A stretch of 64,000 nt of DNA. Source: an uncultured Spirochaetota bacterium. Its GTDB lineage: Bacteria; Spirochaetota; Spirochaetia; SZUA-6; Fen-1364. The stretch lies in the NCBI GenBank assembly GCA_963781885.1, contig CAWAHW010000002.1:672001-736000 (forward strand). Direction: 5' to 3'. Shown piece after piece: positions 1 through 12,741 of this stretch. Positions within the stretch are counted from its first letter, which is position 1. Every line of letters starts with the position of its first letter. The notes below the pieces were generated by a model. That model saw only the letters and a program-made list of their open reading frames with translations, was not told the DNA's origin and did not search any database. The position numbers were made by a program, and so were the translations under genes.

Positions 1-28
1 CGGGCTGAAGCCGATGGCGCGCTTTCGA

Positions 29-412
29 TCAGGACGGCGACGCAGCCCCTGGCGACGGATACTGCCGAAGCGTCTCCTGCACGAACTGCGCGATCTCGGG
101 CTGTATGCCCGCGCTTGCCGCGTGGAACTTTTCGATGATCGGATCCCGGCTGAAGACACCGTCGGCCACGACAATGGGCGTCATCTTGGAATGTCCGGGA
201 GTCTCCCCCGCATCGATGCGGTTGTGCTGGAAGCCATGATCGCGGGTCCAGGTGATTGCCCGCTCCCGCTTCTGCTTGTCGTAGCAGAGCTGGAACCCGA
301 CGAGGCTCTGCTCGTCGTCGTACCAGACGATTAGATCGAAGTAGTCATCCATGAACCAGCGTCGAAAGCCTTCACCCTCGACCTGCCTCGCGTTGCGGAT
401 TTCAGAGAGCAT
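29..412 (-). CDS. conserved hypothetical protein (RRWF...DLIVWY...GFQLCYDK motif)
   Basis: ORF 29..496. The ATG at 412 (MLSEIRN) follows AAGGAG, and the product looks globular. Confidence 0.75.
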   Translation of the reverse strand: MLSEIRNARQVEGEGFRRWFMDDYFDLIVWYDDEQSLVGFQLCYDKQKRERAITWTRDHGFQHNRIDAGETPGHSKMTPIVVADGVFSRDPIIEKFHAASAGIQPEIAQFVQETLRQYPSPGAASPS

Positions 413-495
413 CGCGTTGAGTCTCCTTCCTTCACTTTTTGCCCGTCTTTTGGTACCTATAAAATATACCTCTCCGCACGGGAGATCGACAGGCA

Positions 496-1029
496 ATGAC
501 AGCGACGGAAAGACAGGCGCTCATCAAGGGCGCGGTGCAGGGGGCGCGCGGCACGTGGGCAGATCTCGGGGCAGGCGAGGGGGCTTTCAGCTCGGCCCTT
601 GCGTCCCTGCTCGGGCGGGGCTCGCGCATTTATGCGGTGGACAGGGACGTCCAGGCCCTTCGCGAGCTGGAAAGGGAGCTGGGCGCCGCCTTTCCTGACT
701 GTCCCGTCGTGAAGGTGGAGGGGGATTTTACGGCTCCGCTGAGCCTCCCTCCCCTTGATGGAATCATCATGGCCAATTCCCTGCACTACCAGGCGGATCC
801 CTGCGCCACTCTCTTACACGTCTCCAAGTGGCTGCGCCCGGGAGGCATGCTCCTGATCGTCGAGTACGACGTGCGCTCGGGCAACCCCTGGGTCCCGTAT
901 CCCGTGCCGGCGGCGCAGATGCCTGCTGTCGCAGATTGCGCGGGTCTCGTCGGGTGCAGGATCGTCGCCTCGCTGCCAAGCAGGTTCCATCGGCGCATGT
1001 ATGCGGCGGCCTGCCGGAAGGCGGAATGA
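496..1029 (+). CDS. class I SAM-dependent methyltransferase
   Basis: WADLGAGEG motif I, AVD motif II, ANSLHY and LRPGG. Confidence 0.9.
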   Translation: MTATERQALIKGAVQGARGTWADLGAGEGAFSSALASLLGRGSRIYAVDRDVQALRELERELGAAFPDCPVVKVEGDFTAPLSLPPLDGIIMANSLHYQADPCATLLHVSKWLRPGGMLLIVEYDVRSGNPWVPYPVPAAQMPAVADCAGLVGCRIVASLPSRFHRRMYAAACRKAE

Positions 1030-1048
1030 AGGTCCTGTCGCGCGGCGC

Positions 1049-2206
1049 CTATTCAACCCGGTCGGCAATTGGCACGTAGGGCCTCTCCGGGGGGCCTTTG
1101 TACAGGCTCTCGGGACGATAGAGGCGGTTGCCGTGCTCGCGCTGTTCCAAGATGTGGGCAAGCCAGCCGGAGACGCGCGCCATGGCGAAAATGGGCGTGA
1201 AGAGCATCTTGGGGATGCCCAGGAGCGTGTAGACCGCGCCGGAGAAGAAATCGACATTCGGGTAGAGGGGCTTCCCCTTTTCCTCCATGCGGGCCCGGAA
1301 CTGCTTTTCGATTTCCTTCAGGATGTCGTAGAGGCGATGATCGTTCTTTTTCGCAGAAATCTCCTGCAGCAGCTCTTCCATCACGTACGAGCGCGGGTCC
1401 TTGACCTTGTATTCGCGGTGGCCCATGCCCATGACCTTGCGCTTTTCCGCAATTGCCTTGTCCATCCACGCGCTCACCTTGCCCGGAGCTCCGATCTCTT
1501 CCAGCATGTCGAGCACCTTTTCGTTCGCCCCGCCGTGGAGCGAACCGAAGAGAGCGCCCATCGCGGCGGAAATACTGCAGTAGCAGGTGGACATGGTGGA
1601 GGCGACGACGCGCGCCGTGAAGGTGGAGGCATTGAACTCGTGCTCTGCATGCAAGACCATGCAGGAGTCCATGATCCTTCCTTCGTATTCCTCGGGCTCC
1701 GTGCCGCGCATCATGTAGAGGAAGTTTGCGCCATGGGAGAGATCGGCGCGGGGCCGCACATAGCCGCGGCCTTCGCGGAAGCGCTGATACGAGGCCACGA
1801 CGCTGGAGGACTGCACCACCTGGTGCAGGGTCTGGCGGCAGTTGCAGGTGGCGCTGTGGTGGATGGTGTGCTCGACGTAGCTGGAGATGTAGGCGATCAC
1901 CGACTGCAGGAGCTGCATGGGATGCGCCCCCGCGGGGAATGCATGGATCATGCCCTGGACCGGTGAAGGGATGTCGCGGCTGGCGCGCATCCGGGTCCGC
2001 CACTCCGCGAGCTCCGCGGTCGTGGGAAGCTTCTCATTGAGCAGGAGGTAGGTGACCTCCTCGAAGTCGGATTTGCGCGCGAGCTCCTCGATGGGGTAGC
2101 CCCGGTAGAAGAGCCTCCCCTTCGGGCCGTCCAGACGACAAATGGCCGTCTCGTCCGCGATGACGCCCTCAAGACCCTTGGAATACGTGCCAGTCTCCAC
2201 GCTCAT
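1049..2206 (-). CDS. gltA: citrate synthase (dimeric type I / 2-methylcitrate synthase family)
   Basis: KGLEGV, HAEHEFNASTF, LHGGANE, GMGHR, NVDFFSG. Start MSVETG follows AAGGAG. Confidence 0.93.
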   Translation of the reverse strand: MSVETGTYSKGLEGVIADETAICRLDGPKGRLFYRGYPIEELARKSDFEEVTYLLLNEKLPTTAELAEWRTRMRASRDIPSPVQGMIHAFPAGAHPMQLLQSVIAYISSYVEHTIHHSATCNCRQTLHQVVQSSSVVASYQRFREGRGYVRPRADLSHGANFLYMMRGTEPEEYEGRIMDSCMVLHAEHEFNASTFTARVVASTMSTCYCSISAAMGALFGSLHGGANEKVLDMLEEIGAPGKVSAWMDKAIAEKRKVMGMGHREYKVKDPRSYVMEELLQEISAKKNDHRLYDILKEIEKQFRARMEEKGKPLYPNVDFFSGAVYTLLGIPKMLFTPIFAMARVSGWLAHILEQREHGNRLYRPESLYKGPPERPYVPIADRVE

Positions 2207-2232
2207 CAATGACTCCTTGCCGCGATCGGGTG

Positions 2233-3372
2233 CTACGCCTCGATGAAAAGCCTCCACGGATCCTCGACCAGCTCCTTCACCCGGCGGAGGAAGCTCACCG
2301 CCTCTCGCCCGTCGATCAGGCGGTGGTCGTAGGTGAGTGCAACGTACATCATCGGGCGGATGACCACCAGCTCCCCTTTGCCGTCCGCGGCCGGCTCCGC
2401 GATCGGCCGGCGCTGGATCGTGTGCATGCCGAGTATTGCCGACTGCGGGTAGTTCAGGAGCGGCGTGGAAAGGAGCGAGCCGAAGACGCCGCCGTTGGTG
2501 ATGCTGAATGTGCCGCCCGCGAGCTCGTCGGGGAGTATCTTCCTGTCGCGCGCGCGGGCGGCAAGGTCCGCGATGGCCGATTCGATCTCCGCGAGGCTCA
2601 AACGATCCGCGTCGCGGACCACGGGGACGACAAGGCCGCGCTCCGTGGAAACGGCGACGCCGATGTCAGGGGCGGCGTTGTAGACGATCTCGTCTCCCTC
2701 GATCCGCGCATTCACGATGGGCATCTCCGCGAGGGCGAGACAGCATGCCTTCACGAAGAAGGACATGAAGCCCAGCCGCACGCCGTGGGCCTTTTCGAAG
2801 TCATCCTTGTAACGACTGCGCAGGTCCGACACCTTCTGCATGTTCACCTCGTTGAAGGTGGAAAGCGATGCGCTGGCATGCTGCGCCTGCACGAGCCTCT
2901 CCGCGATCCGTTTGCGCAGGCTCGTCATCGGCACCCGGCGCTCACCCTCAAGCGGCTCGGGCCGCGGCGCGGGAGCGCGCGGGGTCGGGGCGGGAGCCGC
3001 AGCCGTCTGCGGCCCTGCGGGACGCGGGTCGGCCTTCTGCGCGGAGGCCGCGGGCCGGGGCTGCGGGGCCTGCCGGGGAGCAGGCTCTTTCGGGGGAGCG
3101 ACGACAGTCGGCGCGGGCGGCGCCGCGGGGGCCGCTTCCGACGGCTCGATGCCGCCGACCACCTGCCCGATGGTCACCTCGGTTCCTGCCTTCACGGAGA
3201 TCGAAAGGATGCCCGACGCAGGGGCGGGAACGGTGACTGTTGCCTTGTCCGTCTCCAGCTCGTACAGGTCGCTTCCCTCGGAGACGGCGTCTCCTTCTGC
3301 CTTCAGCCACGCGGCCAGTATTCCCTGCGTGACAGACTCGCCGACCGACGGCACCGTGATGTCCAGTTTCAC
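2233..3372 (-). CDS. sucB: 2-oxoglutarate dehydrogenase E2, dihydrolipoyl succinyltransferase
   Basis: Lipoyl motif [15 protein letters not shown], catalytic [13 protein letters not shown] start follows AAGGAG. Confidence 0.95.
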   Translation of the reverse strand: MKLDITVPSVGESVTQGILAAWLKAEGDAVSEGSDLYELETDKATVTVPAPASGILSISVKAGTEVTIGQVVGGIEPSEAAPAAPPAPTVVAPPKEPAPRQAPQPRPAASAQKADPRPAGPQTAAAPAPTPRAPAPRPEPLEGERRVPMTSLRKRIAERLVQAQHASASLSTFNEVNMQKVSDLRSRYKDDFEKAHGVRLGFMSFFVKACCLALAEMPIVNARIEGDEIVYNAAPDIGVAVSTERGLVVPVVRDADRLSLAEIESAIADLAARARDRKILPDELAGGTFSITNGGVFGSLLSTPLLNYPQSAILGMHTIQRRPIAEPAADGKGELVVIRPMMYVALTYDHRLIDGREAVSFLRRVKELVEDPWRLFIEA

Positions 3373-3382
3373 CGCTGTCTCC

Positions 3383-6170
3383 TTACTTTCCGACTGCCGC
3401 AACCCGGTCCGCCGACAAAGCCGCATCGACGATCTCGGCCTGCTCGCGCTCGTGGCGGGCGTGAGAGCCCGTCGCGGGGCTCGCGCTTTCTTCCCGGCCG
3501 ACGTAGTGGAGCGCGAGCGCGGGGAAGGAACGCTGGAAATGGTCCTTCACGAAAAGCCAGGCCCCCCTGTTCCGCGGCTCTTCCTGCACCCACGTCGCCT
3601 CGATGAGGCCCGCATGCCTTTCCAGGAGCGCGGCGATCTTCGCCTCGGGGAACGGGTAGAGCTGCTCGATGCGGACGATCTCGGTGACTGCATCCTTCTG
3701 CTTGTCCCGCGCAGCCGCCAGGTCGTAGAAGATCTTTCCCGCGCAGAAGACAAGGCGCTGCGGCGCGCGGGGCGCCGCGGGGTCGGGAAGCATCTCCTGG
3801 AAGGCGCCCTCCGAGAGCTCACGGAACTGCGAGACGGCGCGGGGATTCCTGAGAAGGCTCTTCGGCGTCATGACGATGAGCGGCTTGTGGACGCAGCTGC
3901 GCGCCTGGCGCCGCAGGAGGTGGAAATACTGCGCCGGGGTGCTGCAGTTGCAGACCTGGATGTTGTCGCGCGCGCACAGCATGAGGAAGCGCTCCATGTG
4001 ACCCGACGAGTGCTCGGGTCCCTGGCCCTCGAAACCGTGCGGGAGCAGGAGCGCGATCCCGTTCGTGGTCCCCCACTTGGCCTCGCCCGCGGCGACATAA
4101 TTGTCGATGATCACCTGGCCGCCATTGGAGAAATCACCGAACTGCGCCTCCCACATGACGAGCGTTTTCGGCCTGCCCTGCGCGAAACCGTATTCGAAGC
4201 CCAGCACCGAGTATTCCGACAGGGGGCTGTCGTAGACGGAGAACTGGGCCTGGTCCGGGGCAAGATTGGACAGCGGCAGATAGGGCTGCGGGAGCAATGT
4301 CTCGGAGTCCCACCAGACGAGGTGGCGCTGGGAGAATGTGCCGCGCGCGCTGTCCTGCCCGCTCAGCCTGAGCGGCGTGCCCTGGAGGAGGAGCGAGCCG
4401 AACGCGAGCGATTCCGCGAACGCCCAGTCCACGGTGCCGTCGCGCTCCAGGCGCGCCGCCTTCTCCTCCACGATGCGCTTGAGCTTCGGATGCATGTGAA
4501 AGCCCGCCGGCGCGGCGGTCAGGGCGCGCGCGATCAGCCGCAGCCGGTCCTCCGGCGGGGCCGGTATCCTCTCGTTCCAGTTCCAGGCATTGCGCTCTTT
4601 TTCGGGTGCGCCGGCTGCGACGGCCGGCGCGCGCGACGCCTGGAGCGCCTTCTTCAGATGCGTGCGGAAGTCCGTCCGCATCGCTTCCTCCCGCTCCTGC
4701 GGGAATATGCCCGCCGCGCGGCACCTCTCGGCATAGATCGTCGGGGGGCTCTTCTTGCCCTCGATGATCCGGTACATCAGCGGGTGCGTGAAGGAGGGGT
4801 CGTCGCCTTCATTGTGCCCGTACTTGCGGTAGCAGAAGATGTCCACCACCGCGTCGCGGCCGAATGTCTGGCGGAAGCGCAGGGCGAGATCCATCGTAAA
4901 GACCACCGCCTCGGGATCGTCGCCGTTCACGTGGAAGACCGGGAACGGGGAGCATCTTTGCCACGTCCGTCGGGAAGAACGTGGAGCGCGCATCGCGGGT
5001 GGAGGTCGTGAAACCGATCTGGTTGTTGATCACGACGTGCACCGTGCCGCCGGTCTTGTACCCTTTCAAGGTGGAAAGGTTGAAGGTCTCCGCCACGATG
5101 CCCTGGCCCGAAAAGGCCGCGTCCCCGTGCAGGACGATGGGGACGACCATCTTGCGCTCCGTATCGTCCCATTCCTTCTGCATCGCGCGCGCCATGCCCT
5201 GCACGACGGGTCCCACCGATTCGAGATGGCTGGGATTGGCCACGAGGTTGACGCGCACGGACTGCCCGTTCGGGCCGGCGTGGTCCATCTTGTACCCGAG
5301 GTGGTAGCGCACGTCGCCGCCGCCGCCATAATCGCCCGGGTCCTCGTGACCCTCGAACTCGGAGAAGACGTCCTCCAGCGGCTTTCCCAGGATGCGGTTG
5401 AGGACCGTGAGCCTTCCCCGGTGCGTCATGCCGAGGATGATCTCCTTGATGCCCATCGACGGAGCGGCATCCACGACGTGGTGGAGCGCCGGGATGACGA
5501 CCTCGGCGCCCTCCAGGGAGAAGCGCTTCTGCCCGATGAAGGCCGTGTGCATGAAATGCTCGAACTCCTCCGCGTGGATGAGGTCCTCCAGCACGACGTG
5601 CTTTTTGTCGGCGTCGAAGGAAGGGCGGTTGCGCGTGGACTCCATCTCCTGGATGAGCCAGCGCCGCATCGGCTTGTTCTGGATGTGGAGGAACTCCACG
5701 GCGATCGTGGAGCAGTAGGTCTCCCGCAGCGCCCGGATGATGGCGGAGAGCCTCATGGAGCCGGACGACAGCACGCGGCCGGGGGAGAACTCGCGGTCGA
5801 GGTCCTGCTCGGACAGCCCGAACTCGGCGAGCGTGAGCTGCTCGTAGGAATGCTCGGGCTCCGCGTAGAAATTCTTGAGCTCCCCTTTCGCGGCGGAGAG
5901 GGGGTTCAGGTGCGCATACAGGTAACCCACGTCGCGGTAGGCCCAGATGAGGCTGTCGACCCGGCTCTGCTTGTAGACGGTATCGGAGGGAACGAGCTGC
6001 GGGCCCCCCGGCTGCACCGTGGCGTCCTGCAGCCTGCTCGTGCTCTCCTGGTCCTCGAAGAACTCCTTCCAGCTCTCCCCGACTGCCTGCGCGTCGCGCT
6101 GCCACTCCGCCTGGAGCTCCTCCAGCCAGGGGAGATTGGCGGGAGAGAGCGGCGATCCGTCCCTGCTCAT
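3383..6170 (-). CDS. sucA: 2-oxoglutarate dehydrogenase E1, split by one frameshift near 4942 (probable assembly error)
   Basis: N-half (4809..6170) has [16 protein letters not shown] and TPP motif [11 protein letters not shown]-half (3383..4993) has [16 protein letters not shown] and GPEHSS. Confidence 0.93.
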
Positions 6171-7054
6171 CGGCGGCCGCCCCGCGCGGAAAGCCGTGCC
6201 GCCAGGAGACCGGGGATCTCGTCCGGTCTGTCCGCCACCGGCACGCCGGCCGCCTGCAGCGCGGCCACCTTCGCCTCCGCGGTTCCGCGTCCGCCCGAGA
6301 CGATGGCACCTGCATGCCCCATGCGCTTTTCCGGTGGCGCCGTGCGGCCCGAGATGAAGGAGACGACGGGCTTCCGCATGGACGAGCGGATGAAATCAGC
6401 CGCGTGCTCCTCGTCCTCTCCGCCGATCTCTCCGATCAGGACGACGCCCGCCGTGCCCGGGTCTGCCTCGAAAAGACGCAGGAGGTCCACGAAACCCGTG
6501 CCGATCACCGGGTCGCCGCCGACGCCGACGCACGTGGACTGACCCATGCCGGCGCGGGTGAGCGCCCAGACGACCTCATAGGTGAGGGTGCCGCTGCGGG
6601 AGATCACCCCGATGTCGCCTTCCTTGTGGATGCGCCCCGGCATGATGCCCGCCTTTGCCCCGCCGGGTGTGATGAGCCCCGGACAGTTGGGGCCGATGAG
6701 CCTGCACCCATGGTCGGACAGATACGAGATGTTTCCGATCATCTCCAGCACCGGCACGCCCTCCGTGATGCAGACCACGAGGGGCACGTGCGCATCCGCC
6801 GCCTCGCGGAGCGCGGCGCTCGTGAAGCGCGCGGGCACGAAGATCACCGTGCAGTCCGCACCGGTCTTGTCCCGCGCCTCGGCGACCGTGTCGAAGACGG
6901 GTATGCCCTCCACCTCCTGGCCGCCCTTTCCGGGCGTCACGCCGCCGACCACCTTCGATCCGTACTCCCGCATCGACTTCGCGTGGAAGGAGCCGTCCCG
7001 GCCGGTGATGCCCTGCACGATGATGCGCGTGTCTTTTCCGATGAGTATGCTCAT
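6167..7054 (-). CDS. sucD: succinyl-CoA synthetase alpha subunit
   Basis: [21 protein letters not shown], phospho-His motif RMGHAGA. Confidence 0.97.
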   Translation of the reverse strand: MSILIGKDTRIIVQGITGRDGSFHAKSMREYGSKVVGGVTPGKGGQEVEGIPVFDTVAEARDKTGADCTVIFVPARFTSAALREAADAHVPLVVCITEGVPVLEMIGNISYLSDHGCRLIGPNCPGLITPGGAKAGIMPGRIHKEGDIGVISRSGTLTYEVVWALTRAGMGQSTCVGVGGDPVIGTGFVDLLRLFEADPGTAGVVLIGEIGGEDEEHAADFIRSSMRKPVVSFISGRTAPPEKRMGHAGAIVSGGRGTAEAKVAALQAAGVPVADRPDEIPGLLAARLSARGGRR

Positions 7055-8191
7055 GCCTTCGCTCCCGCGCGGGCGACGACGCCCTTCACCGCTTCGGAAA
7101 GATCGTCATACGCGTCGATGCCCGCCGATGCCAGCAATTCCCGGCCCTCCTTCTCATTCGTGCCGATCGAGCCGGATCACCAGCGGCACCGACAGCGTGA
7201 GCTTCTCCCGCGCCATGAGGATGCCGCGGGCGATGTCGTCGCAGCGCGTGATGCCCCCGAATATGTTGATGAGCACCGCCGTGACGCGCGGATTCTTCAA
7301 TATTATGCGCAAGGCGTGGAAGACCTTGTCGGGGCTGGAGCTGCCGCCCACGTCGAGGAAATTGGCGGGGCTTCCACCAGCGAACTTGATGAGGTCCATG
7401 GTCGCCATGGAGAGTCCTGCACCGTTGACGATGCACCCGATGCTGCCGTCCAGCCCGACGTAGGAAAGCCCGTTGGATCGCGCGTCCATCTCGTCGGCGC
7501 TGTACTCCTCGGGGCTGCGAAACGATTCCAGCTCGGGGTGCTTGTACAGCGCGTTGTCGTCGAAGATGACCTTGGCATCCGCCGCCATGAGCTTCCCCGC
7601 GGGGTCCAGCGCGCAGGGGTTGATTTCCACCAGCGAGCAGTCCTTTTCGGAGAAGAGGCGGTACATGTTCGCCACGATGGTCCAGGCCTGCTCGGCCACG
7701 CCTTTGCCGGAGAAGGCCCGGGCCAGTGCATCGAAATGCCGCGCCTTCACGAGCCCCGCCTCGGGGTCCAGCGCGATGCGCACGATCTTTTCCGGCTCCT
7801 TCACCGCCACCTCTTCGATCTCCATGCCGCCGGATGCGCTGGCGATGCATTGGACGCTGCGCGTCGACCTGTCCACGGTGAGGCTGACGTAGAACTCGGA
7901 GGCGATGTCCACGGCCTGGGCCACGAGCACCTTCTGCACCTCGATGCCCTTGATCCTCATGCCGAGGATGTCCCGCGCGCGCGCTTCCGCCTCCTCGGGG
8001 CTTTTTGCCATTTTCACGCCGCCGGCTTTGCCGCGGCCGCCGACGAGCACCTGGGCCTTTACCATGACGGCGCCGCCGATCTTCTGTGCGATGGAACGCG
8101 CCTCCGCGGGCGTCGAGGCAACGTTGCCGTCAGGAACGGGGATGCCGTATTCCCTCAGGAGAGTTTTTGCCTGATATTCGTGCAGCTTCAT
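7051..8191 (-). CDS. sucC: succinyl-CoA synthetase beta subunit, frameshift near 7168
   Basis: [39 protein letters not shown]. Removing one base restores [10 protein letters not shown]...AKA-stop, overlapping the sucD start. Confidence 0.95.
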
Positions 8192-8205
8192 TCACACTCC
8201 TTTGT

Positions 8206-9936
<1,731 letters not shown>

Positions 9937-9945
9937 GCCGCCCCC

Positions 9946-10869
9946 CTACAGACCTTCCAGCTCTGCGATCCCCTTGCGCACCGACTCTGCGGACGCGGCG
10001 AGCGCCGCGCGCTCCGCGTCGGTGAGGGGAAGCTCCACGATTTTTTCCACGCCGTGGCGTCCCATGATGACGGGCACCCCGAGATAGATATCGCGGAAAC
10101 CGTACTCCCCGCGTAGATACGCCGAGGCGGGGAAAAGGCGCCTTTCATTCTTGATCACGGCCTCCACCATCTTGGCCACCGAGGCGCCCGGTGCGTAATA
10201 GGCGCTTCCCGTTTTCAGGAGCGACACGATCTCCGCCCCGCCGGTGCGTGTCCGCTTCACGAGCTTTTCTATCGTTTGGGCGTCCATGAGCTCGGAGATC
10301 GGGATGCCGTCCACGGACGTGTAGCTGGTAAGCGGCACCATGTCGTCCCCGTGGCCGCCCAGGACCATCGCCTGCACGTCGCCCGGCCAGACGCCGAGTG
10401 TCTCCGCGATGAAAAGGCGGAACCGGGTGGAGTCGAGGACCCCTGCCATGCCGACGACGTTGCGCAGCGCGAAGCCCGTTTCCCGCAGCACGACCATCGC
10501 GATGATGTCCAGCGGGTTGGTGACGACGATGACCACGGCGGAGGGGGCGCGGCGCGCGATCTCCTGCGCCGTCTGGCGCGCGATGCCCACATTCACCTTG
10601 AGCAGGTCCATGCGATCCATGCCGGGCTTGCGCGCAATGCCCGCCGTGATCACCACGACGTCGCTGCCTTCTATCTCCGCAAGATCCGTCGTGCCGCGGA
10701 TGCGCACCTCGTAGCCGCGCAGCGGGGCGGCATGCAGGAAGTCCATCGCCTTCGACCGGGCAAGCCCCTCGGCAACGTCCACCATCACGATGTCGGCGAT
10801 ATTCTTCTCCGCGATGTAGTAGACGGCCTTTGCGCCGACGTTGCCGGCGCCGATCACCGACACCTTCAT
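9946..10869 (-). CDS. mdh: LDH-like malate dehydrogenase (canonical copy)
   Basis: GAGNVG, ARKPGMDRMDL, VTNPLD, LDSTR, LGGHGD. Confidence 0.95.
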   Translation of the reverse strand: MKVSVIGAGNVGAKAVYYIAEKNIADIVMVDVAEGLARSKAMDFLHAAPLRGYEVRIRGTTDLAEIEGSDVVVITAGIARKPGMDRMDLLKVNVGIARQTAQEIARRAPSAVVIVVTNPLDIIAMVVLRETGFALRNVVGMAGVLDSTRFRLFIAETLGVWPGDVQAMVLGGHGDDMVPLTSYTSVDGIPISELMDAQTIEKLVKRTRTGGAEIVSLLKTGSAYYAPGASVAKMVEAVIKNERRLFPASAYLRGEYGFRDIYLGVPVIMGRHGVEKIVELPLTDAERAALAASAESVRKGIAELEGL

Positions 10870-11789
10870 GCCGCCGCTCCTTTCACGGCCGCGCTCACCT
10901 TGCGCGCGGATTCCACGAAGACGGCCTTCTCCTCGTCCGTGAGCACGGGCGTGAGGATGCGCGAGATGCCCGTCTCACCGATCACCACGGGGAGGCTGAG
11001 CGCCGCATCGCGGACGCCGTATTCCCCGTCCAGCGCGACGGAGACGGGGAAGATGCGATGGAGGTTCATGTGAATGGCATCCGCAAGCTCGGCGACGGCC
11101 GCCGACGGCGCGTAGTAGGAGCTGGAGCGTTTGGCCATCTCCACGACGAGGTCACCCGCCGTCCGCGTCTCCTCCACGAGTGCGCTGATGCGCTCGGGGG
11201 CGAGGAGATGGGGGAGCGGGACGCCGGAGACGCTGCAGTAGCGGGGCAGGCAGATCATGTCGTCGGAGTGCCGGCCGATGACCATCGCCGAGACGATCTC
11301 CATGGAGACGTCGAGCTCCCGGGCAATGAGCGCCCGCAGACGGGTGGAGTCGAGGATGCCCCCGAGGCCGACCACCCGCGTGCGCGGCATGCCCGATTCA
11401 CGGACGAACAACGCGGTGAGCGAATCCACCGGCTCGGTGGCGATCACGACGGTGCTTTCCGGGGCGCGCGCGAAAATCTGCGGCGCGAGGCTCCTGACGA
11501 GGCCCGCGTTGCGCGTGAACAAGTCCTCGCGCCGCATGCCCGGCGCGCGGATCGCGCCTGCCGCGACGACGACGAGACGCGAGCCTTTGATGTCGTCCAG
11601 CGATTCCGAGCCGGTGAGCGTGTTGCGGTAGCGGCGGATGGGTGCCGCTTCCATGATGTCCAGCATCTTTCCCTGCGACACCCCGGGCTGGATGTCCACG
11701 ACATGCACGTCCGTGACGCCTTTTTCGGCGATGAAAAAAGCGGCATTTGCGCCCACATTGCCGCCCCCCACGATGCTCACCCAGGCCAT
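10866..11789 (-). CDS. second, divergent LDH-like malate dehydrogenase paralogue
   Basis: GGGNVG, IRAPGMRREDL, ATEPVD, LDSTR, IGRHSD. Its stop overlaps the mdh start. Confidence 0.88.
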   Translation of the reverse strand: MAWVSIVGGGNVGANAAFFIAEKGVTDVHVVDIQPGVSQGKMLDIMEAAPIRRYRNTLTGSESLDDIKGSRLVVVAAGAIRAPGMRREDLFTRNAGLVRSLAPQIFARAPESTVVIATEPVDSLTALFVRESGMPRTRVVGLGGILDSTRLRALIARELDVSMEIVSAMVIGRHSDDMICLPRYCSVSGVPLPHLLAPERISALVEETRTAGDLVVEMAKRSSSYYAPSAAVAELADAIHMNLHRIFPVSVALDGEYGVRDAALSLPVVIGETGISRILTPVLTDEEKAVFVESARKVSAAVKGAAA

Positions 11790-11971
11790 GGACACCACCT
11801 TTCCGCGTCCGTACGCGAAGCGACGTCAAACAACGCGGCAGCCAGAAGGGATTCGGCGCCGACGATTGCGTTCTCCATGCCTCATTGAACTCCAAAATAA
11901 TATACAGAAAGTCGCGAACGCAAGCGAGCACGATCGCGGAAGGAAAACGCGATTTCGTGCACGAGTATTCA

Positions 11972-12000
11972 TTGACTGCACCGGATTGCGTTATTATACT
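11972..12000 (+). promoter_or_regulatory. sigma70-type promoter of the atp operon
   Basis: TTGACT (11972-77), 17 nt spacer, TATACT (11995-12000). The atpB ATG lies 9 nt downstream. Confidence 0.8.
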
Positions 12001-12009
12001 TGCTTTGCC

Positions 12010-12741
12010 ATGGCGACCTCCGGGCCCGAGACGATCTTCAGCCTTGCCGGATTTCGCGTGACAAATACGCTCCTGGCCACCCTCCTGGTGGACGTCGTGA
12101 TTCTTCTCCTCGTGTTCGGCGTTCGGCGGCGCCTCTCCCTTCGTCCCGGCCGGCTCCAGTCAATCGTGGAAGGAATAGTAGATTACCTGCACACCACCAC
12201 GGAGCAGGTCGCGCAGTCCCGGGCCGCCATGATATTCCCCTGGGTCGCGATTTTTTTCATCTATATTGCTTTGTCAAATCTCATCGGTCTTCTTCCCGGC
12301 TTTGGGACGATTGGCTTTCACCGGCCGGACGGCTTCGTTCCGCTCCTGCGTGTGAGCACCTCGGACCTCAATCTTACCCTGGCCCTCGCCGTTGTCTCGG
12401 TCGTTGCGTCGAACACACTCTCCATCCGCACGCTCGGACTGGGCGGCTACCTGAAGCGGTTCTTCTCCATCAATCCGATGCTTCTTTTCGTCGGGCTGCT
12501 GGAGCTCCTGCAGGAGTTCACCAAGTTCATCACCTTCTCCTTCCGTCTCTATGGGAATATCTCCGCGGGTGAAGCGGTGCTGGGCACGATGTCCGCCATC
12601 GGGGCGTTCGTCGTCCCCATGCCGTTCCTCGTTTTCGAATTGCTCGTTGCGGTCATCCAGGGCGCCATCTTCGCGCTCCTGACCCTCGCGTTCATGACGA
12701 TACTCACGGAATCACACGGCAAGGAGGAATCACACACATGA
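12010..12741 (+). CDS. atpB: F0 ATP synthase subunit a
   Basis: PGRLQSIVE, SNLIGLLPG, TSDLNLTLALA, essential Arg in SFRLYGNISAGE, IQGAIF. Confidence 0.95.
   Translation: MATSGPETIFSLAGFRVTNTLLATLLVDVVILLLVFGVRRRLSLRPGRLQSIVEGIVDYLHTTTEQVAQSRAAMIFPWVAIFFIYIALSNLIGLLPGFGTIGFHRPDGFVPLLRVSTSDLNLTLALAVVSVVASNTLSIRTLGLGGYLKRFFSINPMLLFVGLLELLQEFTKFITFSFRLYGNISAGEAVLGTMSAIGAFVVPMPFLVFELLVAVIQGAIFALLTLAFMTILTESHGKEESHT

Noticed and set aside
11800-11965. Riboswitch in the mdh leader / divergent region
   Set aside because: Hairpins are present (e.g. ~11926-11960), but I recognise no aptamer consensus or expression platform.
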